Made by a program: the position numbers and the translations under genes
Assembly: GCA_020137815.1 (NCBI GenBank)
Contig: CM035353.1
Location: forward strand, 1,612,001 to 1,676,000
Length of the DNA stretch: 64,000 nt
Reading direction: 5' to 3'
DNA from: Hormiphora californensis
Lineage: Eukaryota > Animalia > Ctenophora
The notes under the pieces: generated by a model
Database searches by the model: none
What the model was told of the DNA's origin: nothing
The model's input: only the letters and a program-made list of their open reading frames with translations
Part shown: one piece after another, positions 10,827 to 23,920 of the stretch
Layout of the letters: each line of letters opens with the position of its first letter
Numbering within the stretch: the first letter of the stretch is position 1

Positions 10827-12209
10827 ATGTCAGATCAAGAGGACGATGGTGAAATGGAGCAGACTCTAGATGAGATGGTGCAACACTTCCATCCACTCTT
10901 TGAAGATTGGTCCACCGATCCAGAGATAGAGGGGAAACCATCCATTCACCGGTTATCTGATGATGCACTCTTCTTTATTTTCCAGCTTTTGGGTCCACAG
11001 GATCAGTTTTTATGTGGAATGGTGTGTAGGAGGTGGTTTAATATTTCTCGGTCGGCCGTTTCATCAACTAAATACCTTGATAAAGCTTGTATGTACAGGA
11101 CCTCCCCGGCATTGCACTGGGATATACCAGCGTTATTGACCGGATTCACAAAAGTAATCTTGTTAGCCCGGGAAAACCTGCGACATATCGATCTATCGTA
11201 CATCGAACTTAATAGTGAAGTTGTGACAGCGATAGGGATGTGTAGGAATCTTACAAGTCTCACTTTAAGAAAAGTGTCATTTAAAGAGCCATTAATCCGT
11301 CCATTTTTTACCAGCTCCTCTGCAGCTCTGGAGAAGTTGACGATTGAGAACTGTTTCTTCGAAGAAAACGACTTGAAAATGATGCTTTTCAATTTGTCTA
11401 CCTTGAAAGAGCTAGATATACAGGACAGTTTTGAAACTGAGAAGGCATGGGACGACATTGTGTTTTGTTTAAAGACTAATCCGATAAGATCCCTTAAACT
11501 TTTTCAATCTGAGAGTTTAATATCGACCCAAAGTTTCATCTCCGCCCTTAAAATGTGCTGTAATACTTTGGAATACCTGCAAGTGTCCTCAAATATGATC
11601 AGTACTAGTATCACGCTTGATCCAATTGTAATGCCTCTAATGAATAAACTGGATATTTTGGAACATTCGAGACCTAATTTAACTACTCTCAAATACCTAC
11701 TGGAGGCTATGCCAAATTTAAAACATCTCAAAATCGAGGGTACTATAACTAATCTGCCCCAAGTGGATATATACATCGGCCCAATTATCAACAGTTGTCC
11801 AAGCCTCCTTTCTCTTGGCTTGACCGACATGCAAGGCGAAATTGGCGAGGTCCAACACCTGAAACAGCTGCGAACTCTTAAAATCGATGGACATGATATG
11901 ACAGGTATGAACCGGTGGTATACACCTGATTATCGTTGGCTAACAAACTGTTACTCCCTTGTTGATTTGTCTTTGAGGTGTACTAAAATTGATGACAAAG
12001 AAGTTGCTGTAATAATAATTGCTTTAGAAAATCTTGAAAAACTCGACATTATGGGCTGTCGAAACGTAACCGGTGTGTTCCTGAAAGATCTTGAAGACTT
12101 CCAACGAGTATCACCTCCTCTTGTTATCCACTGTCGCTCCAAACTTCAAAATCTCCATCCTGAACACTTACCAATGTTTATTTCCTTCAAAATAGCTATT
12201 AATAGATAA
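10827..12209 (+). CDS. F-box/leucine-rich-repeat protein (FBXL-like), single coding exon
   Basis: F-box IHRLSDDALFFIFQLL...VCRRWFNIS followed by LxxLxL LRRs (LRHIDLS, LTSLTL, LEKLTI, LEKLDIMGCRNVT); 460-aa open frame. Confidence 0.9.
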   Translation: MSDQEDDGEMEQTLDEMVQHFHPLFEDWSTDPEIEGKPSIHRLSDDALFFIFQLLGPQDQFLCGMVCRRWFNISRSAVSSTKYLDKACMYRTSPALHWDIPALLTGFTKVILLARENLRHIDLSYIELNSEVVTAIGMCRNLTSLTLRKVSFKEPLIRPFFTSSSAALEKLTIENCFFEENDLKMMLFNLSTLKELDIQDSFETEKAWDDIVFCLKTNPIRSLKLFQSESLISTQSFISALKMCCNTLEYLQVSSNMISTSITLDPIVMPLMNKLDILEHSRPNLTTLKYLLEAMPNLKHLKIEGTITNLPQVDIYIGPIINSCPSLLSLGLTDMQGEIGEVQHLKQLRTLKIDGHDMTGMNRWYTPDYRWLTNCYSLVDLSLRCTKIDDKEVAVIIIALENLEKLDIMGCRNVTGVFLKDLEDFQRVSPPLVIHCRSKLQNLHPEHLPMFISFKIAINR

Positions 12210-12398
12210 AATTCTGGAATATAATTACTGGGACGAATAAAAACCTTAAGATATTTTTAATATTGTGTAACACCGACCACCGTGTTTCGAAGTTTTCATG
12301 GAAGTTTTATCCAAACACCCCCCCCCCCCCCCGCCCTTCATACTTGAAGTTGCCAATATATCCAACCTCATTGTCCCCATAGTGTTTTGAATTAAAAC

Positions 12399-13917
12399 AT
12401 GGCAACATCGTGTTTCAAGTCTGAATCGCCGTACCTCAAGCGGGACGAACGACAACATCACCCATCAGATATCAAGTATGGGATGTTTCTTGACCAGGTC
12501 CAGGGAAGTAGTAGCGGCTCCAAACCTGTCAATGTCGCCCTGATAGGGGTCGGAAGAGCAGGTAATATATTTAGTTGTACATTTTTTCAGTTGTACACGC
12601 CGAAATTAGCGGACCTGTTTTTCACTCAGTTTTTTAAGCGGGTATACAGGGTCGAGAAAGGTAAGTTGACAAGATGAGTTAGCATGATTAAATAATAAAA
12701 TAAACTATAGTCATGCTAACTCATTTTGTCAACTTACCTTTCTCGACCATGTTTCAACTACATACTTCAGGAGGTATTCATTTGGGAAATCTTGTTTCTA
12801 GCCCAAGCTTCCGTCTACTCTACGTAGTTGAGTCAGATAAATCTAAGTTTGCTCAGGTTTGTTTTTAATTTCAGTTTTATTTGGATTTCTACTTTTAAGG
12901 GGGGAGAGCTCCCGTGCACAATGCGGCAGAGGGGACATGGGAATGACACATTCGGCACACACATCATTTCCATGTAGCTTCATAGCGGTTTCAGTTTATA
13001 ATGTTCTTAATTTATCGCATAAACCCGGAAATGACCTCTCGTGCACGTTACACGGATATTTATTGTGCATTGGATTCGTCATTCATATGTCCCTTCTCAG
13101 GGGGTTTGCCGCATTGTGCCGTAACTAATCCTTGATACTGAGAACTCACTAATTTAAATCAGGAACTCTAAAATACGGTATAGATGATTAATTTCCTAGG
13201 TCCAATCGTTGGCCGGGAGTGACTGTGTAGTTACTGAAGATCTAAACAAGCCGCTGTCCGACAAACAACTCGAGGCGGTCATTATATGTACACCGACTTT
13301 CACCCACTGCGAAATTGTCCTTCAATCCCTTAAAGCGGGTAGGTGCTGGAGCAGGAACCGACCGAATCAGGAAATACTGGTCCCTGATTGGCTGATATCC
13401 AATCACGTGACCTAAATAGCGAGTTGTGATTGGTTGTTTACTTGTGTCGGTCGGTTCCTGTGCTGGAGATATTTAGTTTTATGTGGGTGCTGTGTCTTTC
13501 GTACATCCACCATTATCAAGTTTTTATTTCAATCATTATTGAGACTCTCAATTTGACTGTCGACTGTATAATGCTACATTACAATTTGAGGGAGCTTATC
13601 TATACATACTAAGTTACAGTCGTACCCAAAGTTACCGGGATGGTCGGGGGAAATGGATTTGTCCGGTAAATTGTGGTTCCAGTAAATCGGGGTGCAGTAA
13701 ATCGGGGTGCGACTGTCGAATGTATAATGCTACATTACAACTGCACACGTATCCCAAACAGGTAAAGCTGTGTTCTGTGAAAAGCCCATCGGGGAAACGG
13801 TGGAGGATACCAAGCGATGTTATGACACGTCATCCTCAACAGGAAACATCCTCTTCTGCGCGTTTCAAAGGAGATGGGACCCAACCTTTGCAGACATTCA
13901 GGCCCGGGTTAGGAGAG
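12399..13917 (+). CDS. Gfo/Idh/MocA oxidoreductase (myo-inositol 2-dehydrogenase-like), first four exons; C-terminal exons not found
   Basis: Exons 12399-12561, 12771-12856, 13200-13338 and 13762-13917 splice in frame: VALIGVGRAGGIH (Rossmann), AVIICTPTFTH, GKAVFCEKP, AFQRRWDP. Confidence 0.9.
12650..12749. mobile_element. ~100-bp hairpin MITE in intron
   Basis: GGTCGAGAAAGGTAAGTTGACAA...TTGTCAACTTACCTTTCTCGACC. Confidence 0.7.
13352..13460 (-). mobile_element. hAT-like MITE, copy 2
   Basis: CAGGAACCGACCGA TIRs with 8-bp TSD TGCTGGAG. Confidence 0.9.
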
Positions 13918-14652
13918 GTGAGTTGTTCTAGATTAGTAAAAAACTCTCAGCTGTGTCACCATGTGCTTACCTCATCAGCTGAATTTGAAAATTATAGGGC
14001 TAATTGTTGTACATAGTGCGTGCTGGTAACGTAACCAAACAAAATAAACCCAAATTCTATAATATATTCTATCTCTACCAAAACGCAGAGTTTTTACGTC
14101 ATCCGACCCTAGACCTGCTTAAATTTGGCCAACCGCTAGTTTCAGGAAAACCAAATTGTCATTATGTGTCATTTAGACCCTTGAATTACATGTAATACAA
14201 TCTTAATTACTTCCAATTATATATTATGTACATTCCAATAATGTACCTTGCAATTACGTGACCAGTTAGTTGTTACCAGTTATTAGGGTGCACTTGGTAA
14301 GCCACTCTTTAGGTACCCACCCCTATCTGGCATGGCGTCCAACTCATGACCCCCCCCCCTTCGGACCACGATTTACCGAGATGCCCGGGGAAAGGGTTTT
14401 GCCCGGTTATAAATTGTGGTACTTTCCACCAACAGTACTCAATCGGGATCCGATCGGAAAAACAAAGTGAAACGAAGTAGTTTTTCAAGTTGAACAAATG
14501 TTTCGGTGACGAGAACGCCTCCTCTTCAGCAACAGAAATGAAATAGTAATACACCCTGGCTCGCAGGCCCCTCTCAAATCCTTACAAGAATCAAAACAAT
14601 AAGAGATAACAGATAACACACTTACACACATTCACTCGCACACACACACACA

Positions 14653-14732
<80 letters not shown>

Positions 14733-14804
14733 TTCCCTTTCTCTCACTATACATCTATTTTTCTCTACATCTCTCTTCCTCTTTCCCTGAAACTCTATAG
14801 TACT

Positions 14805-17800
14805 AAATAAAAGTTACAATGTTCATAATATGAGGGTCTCTGATCACACTCAATTGAGCTCCAATCGATTCCATGTCTCGTGTACACCTTTTCTGAGAGT
14901 ATGGTATCCCCACTGCTGGTGTCATGTCAGAACAAAGAGGTATGGCCATGGTACCGCTGCTTGTGCCTCCTGTCATGTCAACAAATACTGTAAGTTTCCT
15001 ATATCGGGGAAAGTTTATCCTCCCGGTAAATCGGGGTTCCGGTAAATCGGGGTTCCGGTAAATCGGGGTCTAACTGGTTAGTATGACATAGGACCGTCGG
15101 GGTTATTTTGGGGTCACTTCGGGGTAACTTCAGGGTCATTTTGAGGCCATTTCGGGGTCACTTCGGGAGATCCCGATTTGACCTCGAAATATCCCCAAAA
15201 TGACCCCGACGGTCCTATGTCATACTACAGTCGGACCCCGATTTACCGGGCCCCGATTTACCGGAACCCCGATTTACCGGGAGGATTTCTTTCCCCCGAT
15301 TTTTTTGGAAAATTTTCGAAGTTTGGCCGGTTGGTAAACTTGCATTTGCAATTCGCTAGGTCTAATGGGGATCACGTATCGGTTCGTTTCGAACCGCCTA
15401 ATTAGCGGCAGGACACGTGATAAGTTGCACCGATTCGAAACACGATTCGAACGTGGCTGGTATACCTTAGAAAAATTTTATAACTTTTTTTTGCAAAATT
15501 TTACAGAATCATTGTCAATGCTTTGATCGATGCTCCCCGTAAATTTTCAGAGAAAAAGTTATTTTGAAATTTTGATACTTCCTTACCCCGCTTAGGGTGC
15601 CCAGATTCGGCATGGTATCACGTATCGGTTCGTTTTGAACCGTCTAATTAGCGGCAGGACATGCGATAAGATGCACCGATTCAAAACATGATTCGGACTC
15701 GGTAGGGGTGGTTTACCTTAGAAAAAGTTTTTACAATTTTTTTTTGAATTTTTTAAATTTTCTATTTCTAATGACAGAAGCAATGATCATATTGTCATCA
15801 ATAAATGTATACTATACAGTTAGAGGTGTCTTGGTATAGAATTTTGGACAAAAGTAGGATTTATGGGTCAAATATGCTCTACCCCGATATACCGGGCACC
15901 CCGATTTACCGGGCAAAATGGCTTCCCCCGAGGATCCCGGTAAATCGGGGTCCGACTGTACCTCTAACTGTATACAAAGAGAGAGAGAGAGAGAGTGAGA
16001 GAGAGAGAGAGTGAGAGTGAGAGAGAGTTAGAGAGAGAGAGAGAGAAAGGGGTAAGAGAAAAGAAATTATTAATTTGCACGAGAAAACACAAAATATACA
16101 TAACTTACTATATATCTGAGTTTTTAAGGGCTGTATGATAAGGGGAAGTGAGGGGTTGGTGACATGTGAAGGGTGAATATCATGTACCTATCTAGCATGT
16201 GGCCTGATCTGATCTGATATGATGGTATGCATTATATGGCAAAATAAGACATTCCATAAAGTGTAACTGGCATTCATTTAGTAATTAATGTCGTTTACAT
16301 ATTTTGATGAAATTTAGTAAATTAACTTACCAATTTTATTTAAACACTGCGGTATATCAGTTGACCATGATAGATCATCCTGACAGGTCAGAGTTGCACT
16401 TCCCGTTAGGATATGGTAGGCAGCACACTTGATGGTGACAGTTGTCCCTGTTGGTGAGGCAGGCCAGCTTCCTTGTGTCGATCCATCAACAGTAAAAGTA
16501 TAACACGCAACTGATATGGGATGGAAATAGTAATGGGTATGAGTTCATTATAGTTCACAGGTGATATTATAATTTACAGGTGATATTTTGTGGAAAGCTT
16601 GGGTACACGTTGTAGTTCATTGTAGTTGAACCAGCTTGTGTGATATAACACTAAACCCACGTGATGTGCAGTAGAAGTGTTTCGAATTAAATTGAGACCC
16701 TAACCTGCTCTGTAGAAGTCAGATGCTGTGTCAGAACCGCCAAACTTGATCTCCTCCACAACATCACCACCCCAAATGACACAGTTGCTATCTGAACTAT
16801 CTGCGAACAGGTAGTTCAGCACCTCCACACCATTACATGTGATGATGTGGGCGGTCTCTGTTTTGGTGATCGTCCAGGTCTTATCCACGTCTACCGGGGG
16901 TTGCACTGGCAGGTCTATGTAGCCGGTGCAGTAGCCTATCAAATATTGCATTGGGGAGGAGAACTGCACAATTACATCGGCGATATAGTTGCTGTCCTTG
17001 TCGTACATGTCCACCTTGATCCTAGTATCATCACTGCCCAGTGTAGAGTCCGTCTTTATCTGGAGTGGTATTGCCTCCAGGTTGAAGGGTATCTTCACTT
17101 GGCTCAATACAGCTTTCCAGTCTGAAATAATACAAATACAAACTTACCACTATAAGTAAATTTGCCACAAGTTGTATTATCTGAAAATTACTACATCTGG
17201 AGTGTAAGTGCAAGAGTGCATTATAGTTCATTATAGTTTACAGGTGATATATGTTATGGAAAGCTTGGGTAGACGTTGTAGTTCATGGTAGAACCAGCTT
17301 GCGTGATATGATGGCGATATGATACTAAGTTTAGTATCATATTCCGATCATATATATATGTACAGTACTGCAGTACAGCACGTGGGCGGTGGGTTTAGCT
17401 AAACCCACGTGCTGTACAGTACTGCATAAGTTAAGTTGTATGAATAAAATATAGACCCTTGTCCCATACCTGCTCTGTAAAAGTCAGATGCTGTGTCAGA
17501 ATCACTGCTAAAGCTGATCTCCTCCACAACATCACCACCCCACCTGGTAACACAGTTGCTATCTGAACTATCTGCGAACAGGTAGTTCAGCACCTCAACA
17601 CCATTACATGTGATGATGATCGCGGTCTCTGTTTTGGTCAACGTCCAGATCTTATCCACCTCCACTGGGGGTGGTACTGTCAGGTCTAACTTGGTGACGC
17701 ACCAGCTTATCCTACACTGCATTGGGGAGGAGAACGTCATAATCACTTCGGCGATCTTGCCGCTGTCTTTGTCGTATATGTTCACATAGATCTTATCATC

Positions 17801-18236
17801 ACTGCCCAGTGCAGAGTCTGTCTTGATCTGGAGAGGTGTTCCCTCCAGGTCCCGGGGTATCTTCACATCCCGCTCTACAGCTGTCCAGTCTGAAATACAA
17901 TAAATATACTAACCAGTAACCATTAAAAATAAACAAGCAAACAAGAGTTGCATTATGTTTCATAATGCTATGTTTCCCCGTCAACCTTTATTTTCATAAC
18001 CATCTAATGTGAAGGCGGGACAGACATTTTTCATCATTTATTTGTCACTCAAACTTTTTGTCACTCAAACTTATTTATCCCTGGGTTCACCGAGTCATGC
18101 CGGTGTCGCACTAATTATAGTGTGCAAATGTATGGTGCTCACATGTAGAAATACATGTGTTCACCACTCATCAGTTGCTGTGTTGTTGAGTCTAACTCAA
18201 TAGCACCAGTTGTCAGAAATGTCAATTGTGAGGAGC
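14805..18236 (-). CDS. Spliced extracellular-type protein: two tandem ~135-aa 'TPLQIKTDS...DTASDFYRA' domains plus a Sushi/CCP domain (ends uncertain)
   Basis: Phase-1 exons ~17889-17470 and ~17121-16705 encode paralogous domains. ~16510-16331 encodes C...GTTVTIKCAAYHILTGSATLTCQDDLSWSTDIPQC (Sushi). Probable flanking exons at ~18236-18162 and ~14987-14820. Confidence 0.75.
15079..15227. mobile_element. Hairpin MITE
   Basis: TAGTATGACATAGGACCGTCGGGG...CCCCGACGGTCCTATGTCATACTA. Confidence 0.7.
15228..15958. mobile_element. Tc1/mariner-type MITE (CAGTCGGACCCCGATTTA TIRs, TA TSD), long form
   Basis: TA|CAGTCGGACCCCG...CGGGGTCCGACTG|TA; internal duplicated block shared with 49874-50940. Confidence 0.9.
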
Positions 18237-18959
18237 CTGTAAAAGGTTCATGCCTTACTCTCGTTTTTTAAGAAACGCTTTAGTAAGAAACTTTTTTATA
18301 AGAAACTTTTCAAATGTAAATCACACAATTCAGAGACACCACAACAAAATAGAACACCCCTAACTTGTTTAGTTTCTTGATAAAGGAGAAATTCTTTTTG
18401 TTTTTGGATTGGTTACACCTGTAGTTTCCTAGAAAAAAAGTTTCTTATTTAAAAGAACTGTATAGAACAAATCGTTTTGTTTTAGTAGCACTAAGTTGCA
18501 CGCCACATTGCACGCCATGACGCCACATTGCACGCTACATTGCGGCATTGCGCACCACACATTTCCTGTTTGTTTTTGTGTGAACGGCTCTAGTGAACGG
18601 CTCCGGGTGAATAAATTTACCACAAATTTTACAAACTTAAAACTAAACTAAATTTTACGTGTTAGCACAAGAGCATTGAATTTAATTCCTCCTACCAGCT
18701 GAGCGTTCTCAGTATCAATGATTAGTTGCGGGTGCTCTGATCCCAAAATAAAAGTAAAAAGCATAAAAATTTATTTGTTACGTGATATTATGTGACGAAC
18801 CTGTGAGAACAACTGTTCCACACAAGGCAGCTGTAAAGAGAATGAGACGTATCATTTTCCACACTGACATTTAGCTTAATAAAAGAGGGTGTTAAATAAA
18901 CTGCTATTACGGTACACAATATATGTATGGTACAAATAAAATGTCTAAGATTTATATTG

Positions 18960-19430
18960 CAAGACCTGCATCGAGTTGGCAGGTATCTACGATCAGCCAT
19001 TTTTGAGATACAGTCGAACCCCGATTTAACGGCAGTATAATCTTCCCCCGATATAGAAAATTAACAATATTTGACCCCGATTTAGCGGACACCCTGATTT
19101 AACGGACAAAACCCTTTCCCCCAAGGGTGCCGTTAAATCGGGGTCCGACTGTACATGGAATTACTCTATCTTTCAAAAAAGCGGGTTTCACAAAACAAGC
19201 TCTGTACACTACATCATTGGCAGGAAAGCTTTATACATATACTAAGAATTTCATGCTTCTCAAAAATGTGGTCCTGAGGTCAAAAATACCTTAATAAAAA
19301 TCGAGATTTTTCGGCAGTAGCAAAAATATGAATCCTTGCTATCCTTTCATATTTGAGGTCCATTTTATATGGCCAAACCCTGGTGAAGCCATTTGGTTGG
19401 GCAAACGATAATGAAAAACGCCAGCTGTCA
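18960..19430. mobile_element. Degenerate arm of the Kolobok-like foldback family
   Basis: Colinear with ~26100-26610, interrupted by the MITE at 19011-19151. Confidence 0.7.
19011..19151. mobile_element. Tc1/mariner-type MITE, short form
   Basis: TA TSD; the empty site TTTTGAGATA^CAGGGAA is visible at ~26130-26146. Confidence 0.9.
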
Positions 19431-20029
19431 TGGAGCGAAAATCTGCCGAAAAGAGAGTAAGGTGACATTCAATATTCGCCACAATGGTGCCATTTTGGTG
19501 TCAATGTGGCGCCATTTTGGCGTTACACAGCAAGTGCCAAACTGTGGCACCACGTGGCGGACGACCTAAAATACTATACTACCGGCTGCGGGGGTTGGTT
19601 ACGAAGTCACCCCTTTTATTGCATACAGGAGCTATTATAACGGAGGGGTAATTTCATTACCAACTGTGGGGGATATACAGTATATGAGTGGAGACGTTTG
19701 AGAGTCACTCATCAGTTTTTTAGCATATTTGGCCATGAGGGTGTACGAGTTTTACAATATAATATGAAAAATAATGAACGATCCAATTTTATTGAACGAA
19801 AGATGACATTGATTTCAATTCAAAGGGCTGCTGAGAAATTCAGTTCAAGTGAAGATTCTGCTGCTGGAAATAATTGTTGAGATTGAGCTCTTGCCTAGCA
19901 GTGTTATATACGCGTTTGTACGTGTCCCCATTATCAGACCACGTGATAGCTGCTATTCAGTATTCTTGGAAAGAAACTTTCCATTGAAACTCACCATAGA
20001 GAAAACGAGACAGAGAGAAGGAGGAAGAG

Positions 20030-20074
<45 letters not shown>

Positions 20075-20189
20075 GAGAAGATGCGAGAGAGAGAGAGAGA
20101 GAAGCAGAGAGGGGAAGAGAGAGAGGGAGAAAACAGAGCGAGAGAGAGAGAGAGAGAGAGAGCGAGAGAAGAGAGAGCTATCCTTCTAT

Positions 20190-22546
20190 GTATAACAATA
20201 CACCTGTATGAATCATCCTTCCTTTTTCCATTAGCAAGCATTAATATTTTCTCTCTCTATTTTCCTCGCCTCCGCCCACAGTCCACGGTTGGTGGGGAGA
20301 GGAGAGGTGTGGGGTTCGAGGCCGTACGATTATTAACCAATACCTGTATGATCATCTTCCTTTCCCCATCAGCAAGGCAATCTTTCGTATCTCTTTCTCG
20401 GCCTCTGCAACAGTCCACGGTGATGTTAGAGGAGGGTGGGGTTCGAGGCGCGGACGATTATTAACAATACCATGTTATGCTCATCTTCTTTCCCCATTAG
20501 CATCTTTCTTATAGAAAGATGGAGAGGAGGAGATGAGAGGAGACAGAGAGAGAAGAGATGAGTCGGAGAGAGAAGTACGCAACATGGATCGTAGAAGAAA
20601 TGAGAAGGAGGAGTCCGAGAGGCATCCCGAGGAGGGAGACGCAGAGAGAGGAGAGTGAGAGCGATGAGGAGAGACGAGACGAGGCGAGAGAGGGTGGAGA
20701 GGAGAGAGCGAGAGAGAGAGAGAGAGAGAGAAGGAGAGAGGAGATGAGAGAGAGAGAGAGAGAGGAGAGACAGAGAGCGAGAGGAGAAGACGACCAGAGA
20801 GGCAAGAGAGGGACAGAGAGAGAGGACAGAGAAGAGAAACAGAGAAGAGACAGAGGGCCACCACCTACTGCGGTTTCCCAGGGCAACAAAAAGGGTACAC
20901 GGAGTTCCCTTCCCCTTTCCCCTGCTCGATTCTCAAACTAAGTTCAGTGGGCCGTTGGCTAACGTGGCTGGTTTGTATCAATAATACGGGAAAAAAATCA
21001 TAATAATAATAATATAAATTCCGCACTTAATGTAACCGTCCATAACGGACGGGAAAAACGTGCAAAATATTGGCGATGTTACGCACGAGCATCAGAGCGG
21101 TATATTCCTAGGAGCTATAATATCGCACACGAACAACTCTGGTTGAAAAAAAAATATTGAAAAACCAAATTAAATGGATTTTTAAAAGGGGGAAATAAAA
21201 AGGTCCCATAAACCCCTTTAAAAAGTAAAAAAAAAACACAAAAAAATCTTCTTGGTAGGGGGGCCCCACAGTGTATCATCGCCAAAATATTACTTCCTAC
21301 CCCGCCTTCTCCGTTAGGTTTTTGGGAAAAAAAGGGACCTTCCAGCCAGGGGGACCCCCAATGCCCCTTTATTTTAACCCCTAACATTCCTATTCTAATC
21401 TCACCCCCCCAACATTAAAGGGGCCCCCATCCAAACGGCCCCGTTTTTTTCAGGGGGATGGGGTTCCAAGCCTTTATTGAGATATTTATTTTTTTAATTT
21501 AATTTTTTTATAATTTAGGTGATGCAGGGCATGTCCAGATAATAAAGTCAATCTCCCCCTGCTCTTCCCTTCCAAAATTAGATTTGGATTCAGAAAGGGG
21601 GGATTCCAGACGTATTTTTTTTCACGTACAAAAAGCGACTGGGTATAGGCGAGCGGGCCCCCTCAGGATATTACACAGAGTTATTGGGCGCTTGCCAGCG
21701 CTATGATTAGATGTTATGTTTTAACAAATAATTATATGCGTATCTGCCGTCGCGGGGTACAGTGAGAGAGGGTCGAGATGGAAAGTGTTGTGAGATTACC
21801 GATTTTTTTGATATACCTTAAAAAGGGGGTTATTTTTTGCTCAAAGCGATGAAAAAAAAAACCCTTTTATTTCAGGTTCATACAATGGCAAATGCTCAAA
21901 TCCCCCGGGGTGGCGATTAGATTTTTATAACGTTGTTACAACATACGTTCCCTTCGGGGAAAGGGTTTGAAATTTTTTTTAATAGATGTCCGATTTAGAG
22001 AAAAATTTAGCCGCATGTGCCCTAATTTGGTGTTGATATTTCTGTAAACTAATATTTTTACAGGGACCCTCGGTATCATCAATGTTAAAGATTTGTACGT
22101 AGTACCGATCAAAGATAGGGGGTTTTTGGGAAACCCAAAGGCCATGTTTAAAGGTAGGTATATGATGTGGTGATGGGAACACCGTGTGAAAACTGAGAGG
22201 CCTTTTGACTGAGGGAAAGGGACTGCTGCTGTACTTTGGGGGGGGGGGGGGGGATTTTTTCCAACCTTTCTAAATTCTGTAAAATATATCAGAATCTCAA
22301 GTTTTGCCTGAAAAAAAGGGAAAAAGCGGGGGGCTTATACGATCATTATTCAAAGTCCCGGTTGAATTTAATAAAAGAACAACGTTGAGAAAATAAAATT
22401 TAAAATTGCGGGACGAAGGGAGGATATTTTTATTCAGTACCGTCAAAATGCAAGATAAAGTAGGGAAATCTGCCCAGGAAAAAAAAGGGGAAAGAAAACC
22501 TTTATTACCATAATAATCCCGTTTATTCAGGGGGGTTTTAGGGGGC

Positions 22547-22589
<43 letters not shown>

Positions 22590-23330
22590 TTTGGAACACC
22601 AAAAATTTTTTACCCCGGGGTGGCCCTCCCCAGGGGTGTTGGGGTGGGGGGGGCCCACCCCCCCCCCAACCCCGTGGGGGGGCCCACCCCTGCGCGCCTA
22701 TCATCTAAAAATCTAGGGATTCAATGCTATTTTTAAACCTAACTATTTTTTAAATCCTAAACACTGAAAATGGCAAAAACCCCGAACACCTGTTTTTTGT
22801 AGTGGGGGGGCACTTTCTAGAGTGCCCATTCACCACTCATTTCCCTCTCGATACGAAACCGCTTACGCCGCAGAGATGGAATCCTTCGCGAGGGTTGGAA
22901 AAAAAAGGGGAAACCCTTTTGGGAATACTTAAAAAGTTTCCAGCGTTTCCAAGGTAACTAAAATGTTTTTTGGCTTCCGACCTCAGCTGCCTTCAATGTG
23001 AATTATTAAAATTTACCGAAAAAAGGGGGAGCTGAACCCCCGTGAAACTAGCCAAGACTTTTTTTTGCGCGCCCTAATCATGAAAGTTTACAAGTAGCAC
23101 TTTGTTACATTCCAAACTAAAAGCCCCTCCTTTTGGTTAAAATTACCCCCCCCCGCAGCTCCAGAAATCGTAACCAATTTAGTCCCCCCCCGATTCAGAT
23201 GCAGTGGGGGAAGAGTGCCGAGGGGGACACCGGTGAAATTTTGGGGGGCAGATATGACCTTCCACGGATACCGGCCGCTTTGTACTGGACCCGGGCATCC
23301 AAACTGTTAACAATTAAACTGGAAGATTAT
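20190..23330. other. Low-quality / unpolished sequence tract
   Basis: Scrambled (GA)n, degenerate ~125-bp tandem copies and inflated homopolymers. Confidence 0.6.
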
Positions 23331-23920
23331 TAAACAGTAGTGTAATATTTAGTAGATATAGTAGAGTAGAGTGTAATATTTGGTTTAAATTGAAGTTATT
23401 AACTTGTTAGAAATATAGCTATTTTATAATATTTATAAGGTGGTTGTTTGTGTGTGTCGTCCACCCCTTGCTGAAGTTTTTGAGGCCCAACAGCCGGCCT
23501 GATCTAACCTCACTCCTCGCCATTTGATACTAAATACTTGGTGTAAATTTCTGTTTTAGCTTTGAAGTTAAAAAATTGTTTTCTTTTGGCGATGCAGGTC
23601 GTTATTTAGGCTGACTAGATTTGATGACATTTATTACATTATTGGTTATATATGGTAATGGTTTAATTATGAATGTTGATGAATCATTCAATGATGACAC
23701 AGATCGTCAGATTAGTCATCTCTCAGCTTTGGATAGACGGAACGCGCGATGCCTGCCTAGTTGGATGCTTCGCGCGCTGAATCACAACAGCCAAACTGTA
23801 TGGAACACGCGGTATTTTCTTATTCTAATTGCAGACGCCCTAGCGCGCGATTGACTTCGAATTAAATACCGCGCGGCCTCGTTTAAATCTGGGTGTTTCG
23901 TGAGTGCTGACAAACGGTTT

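Noticed and set aside
19849-20941. RE/SL-repeat ORFs (also ~41.7, 59.6 and 62.2 kb)
   Set aside because: They are translations of (GA)n/(CT)n microsatellites.
23900-23920. ORF starts MSADKRF (and MPIGVGV at 8663)
   Set aside because: Both derive from duplicated target sequence; both CRE copies are 5'-truncated and lack the RT core.
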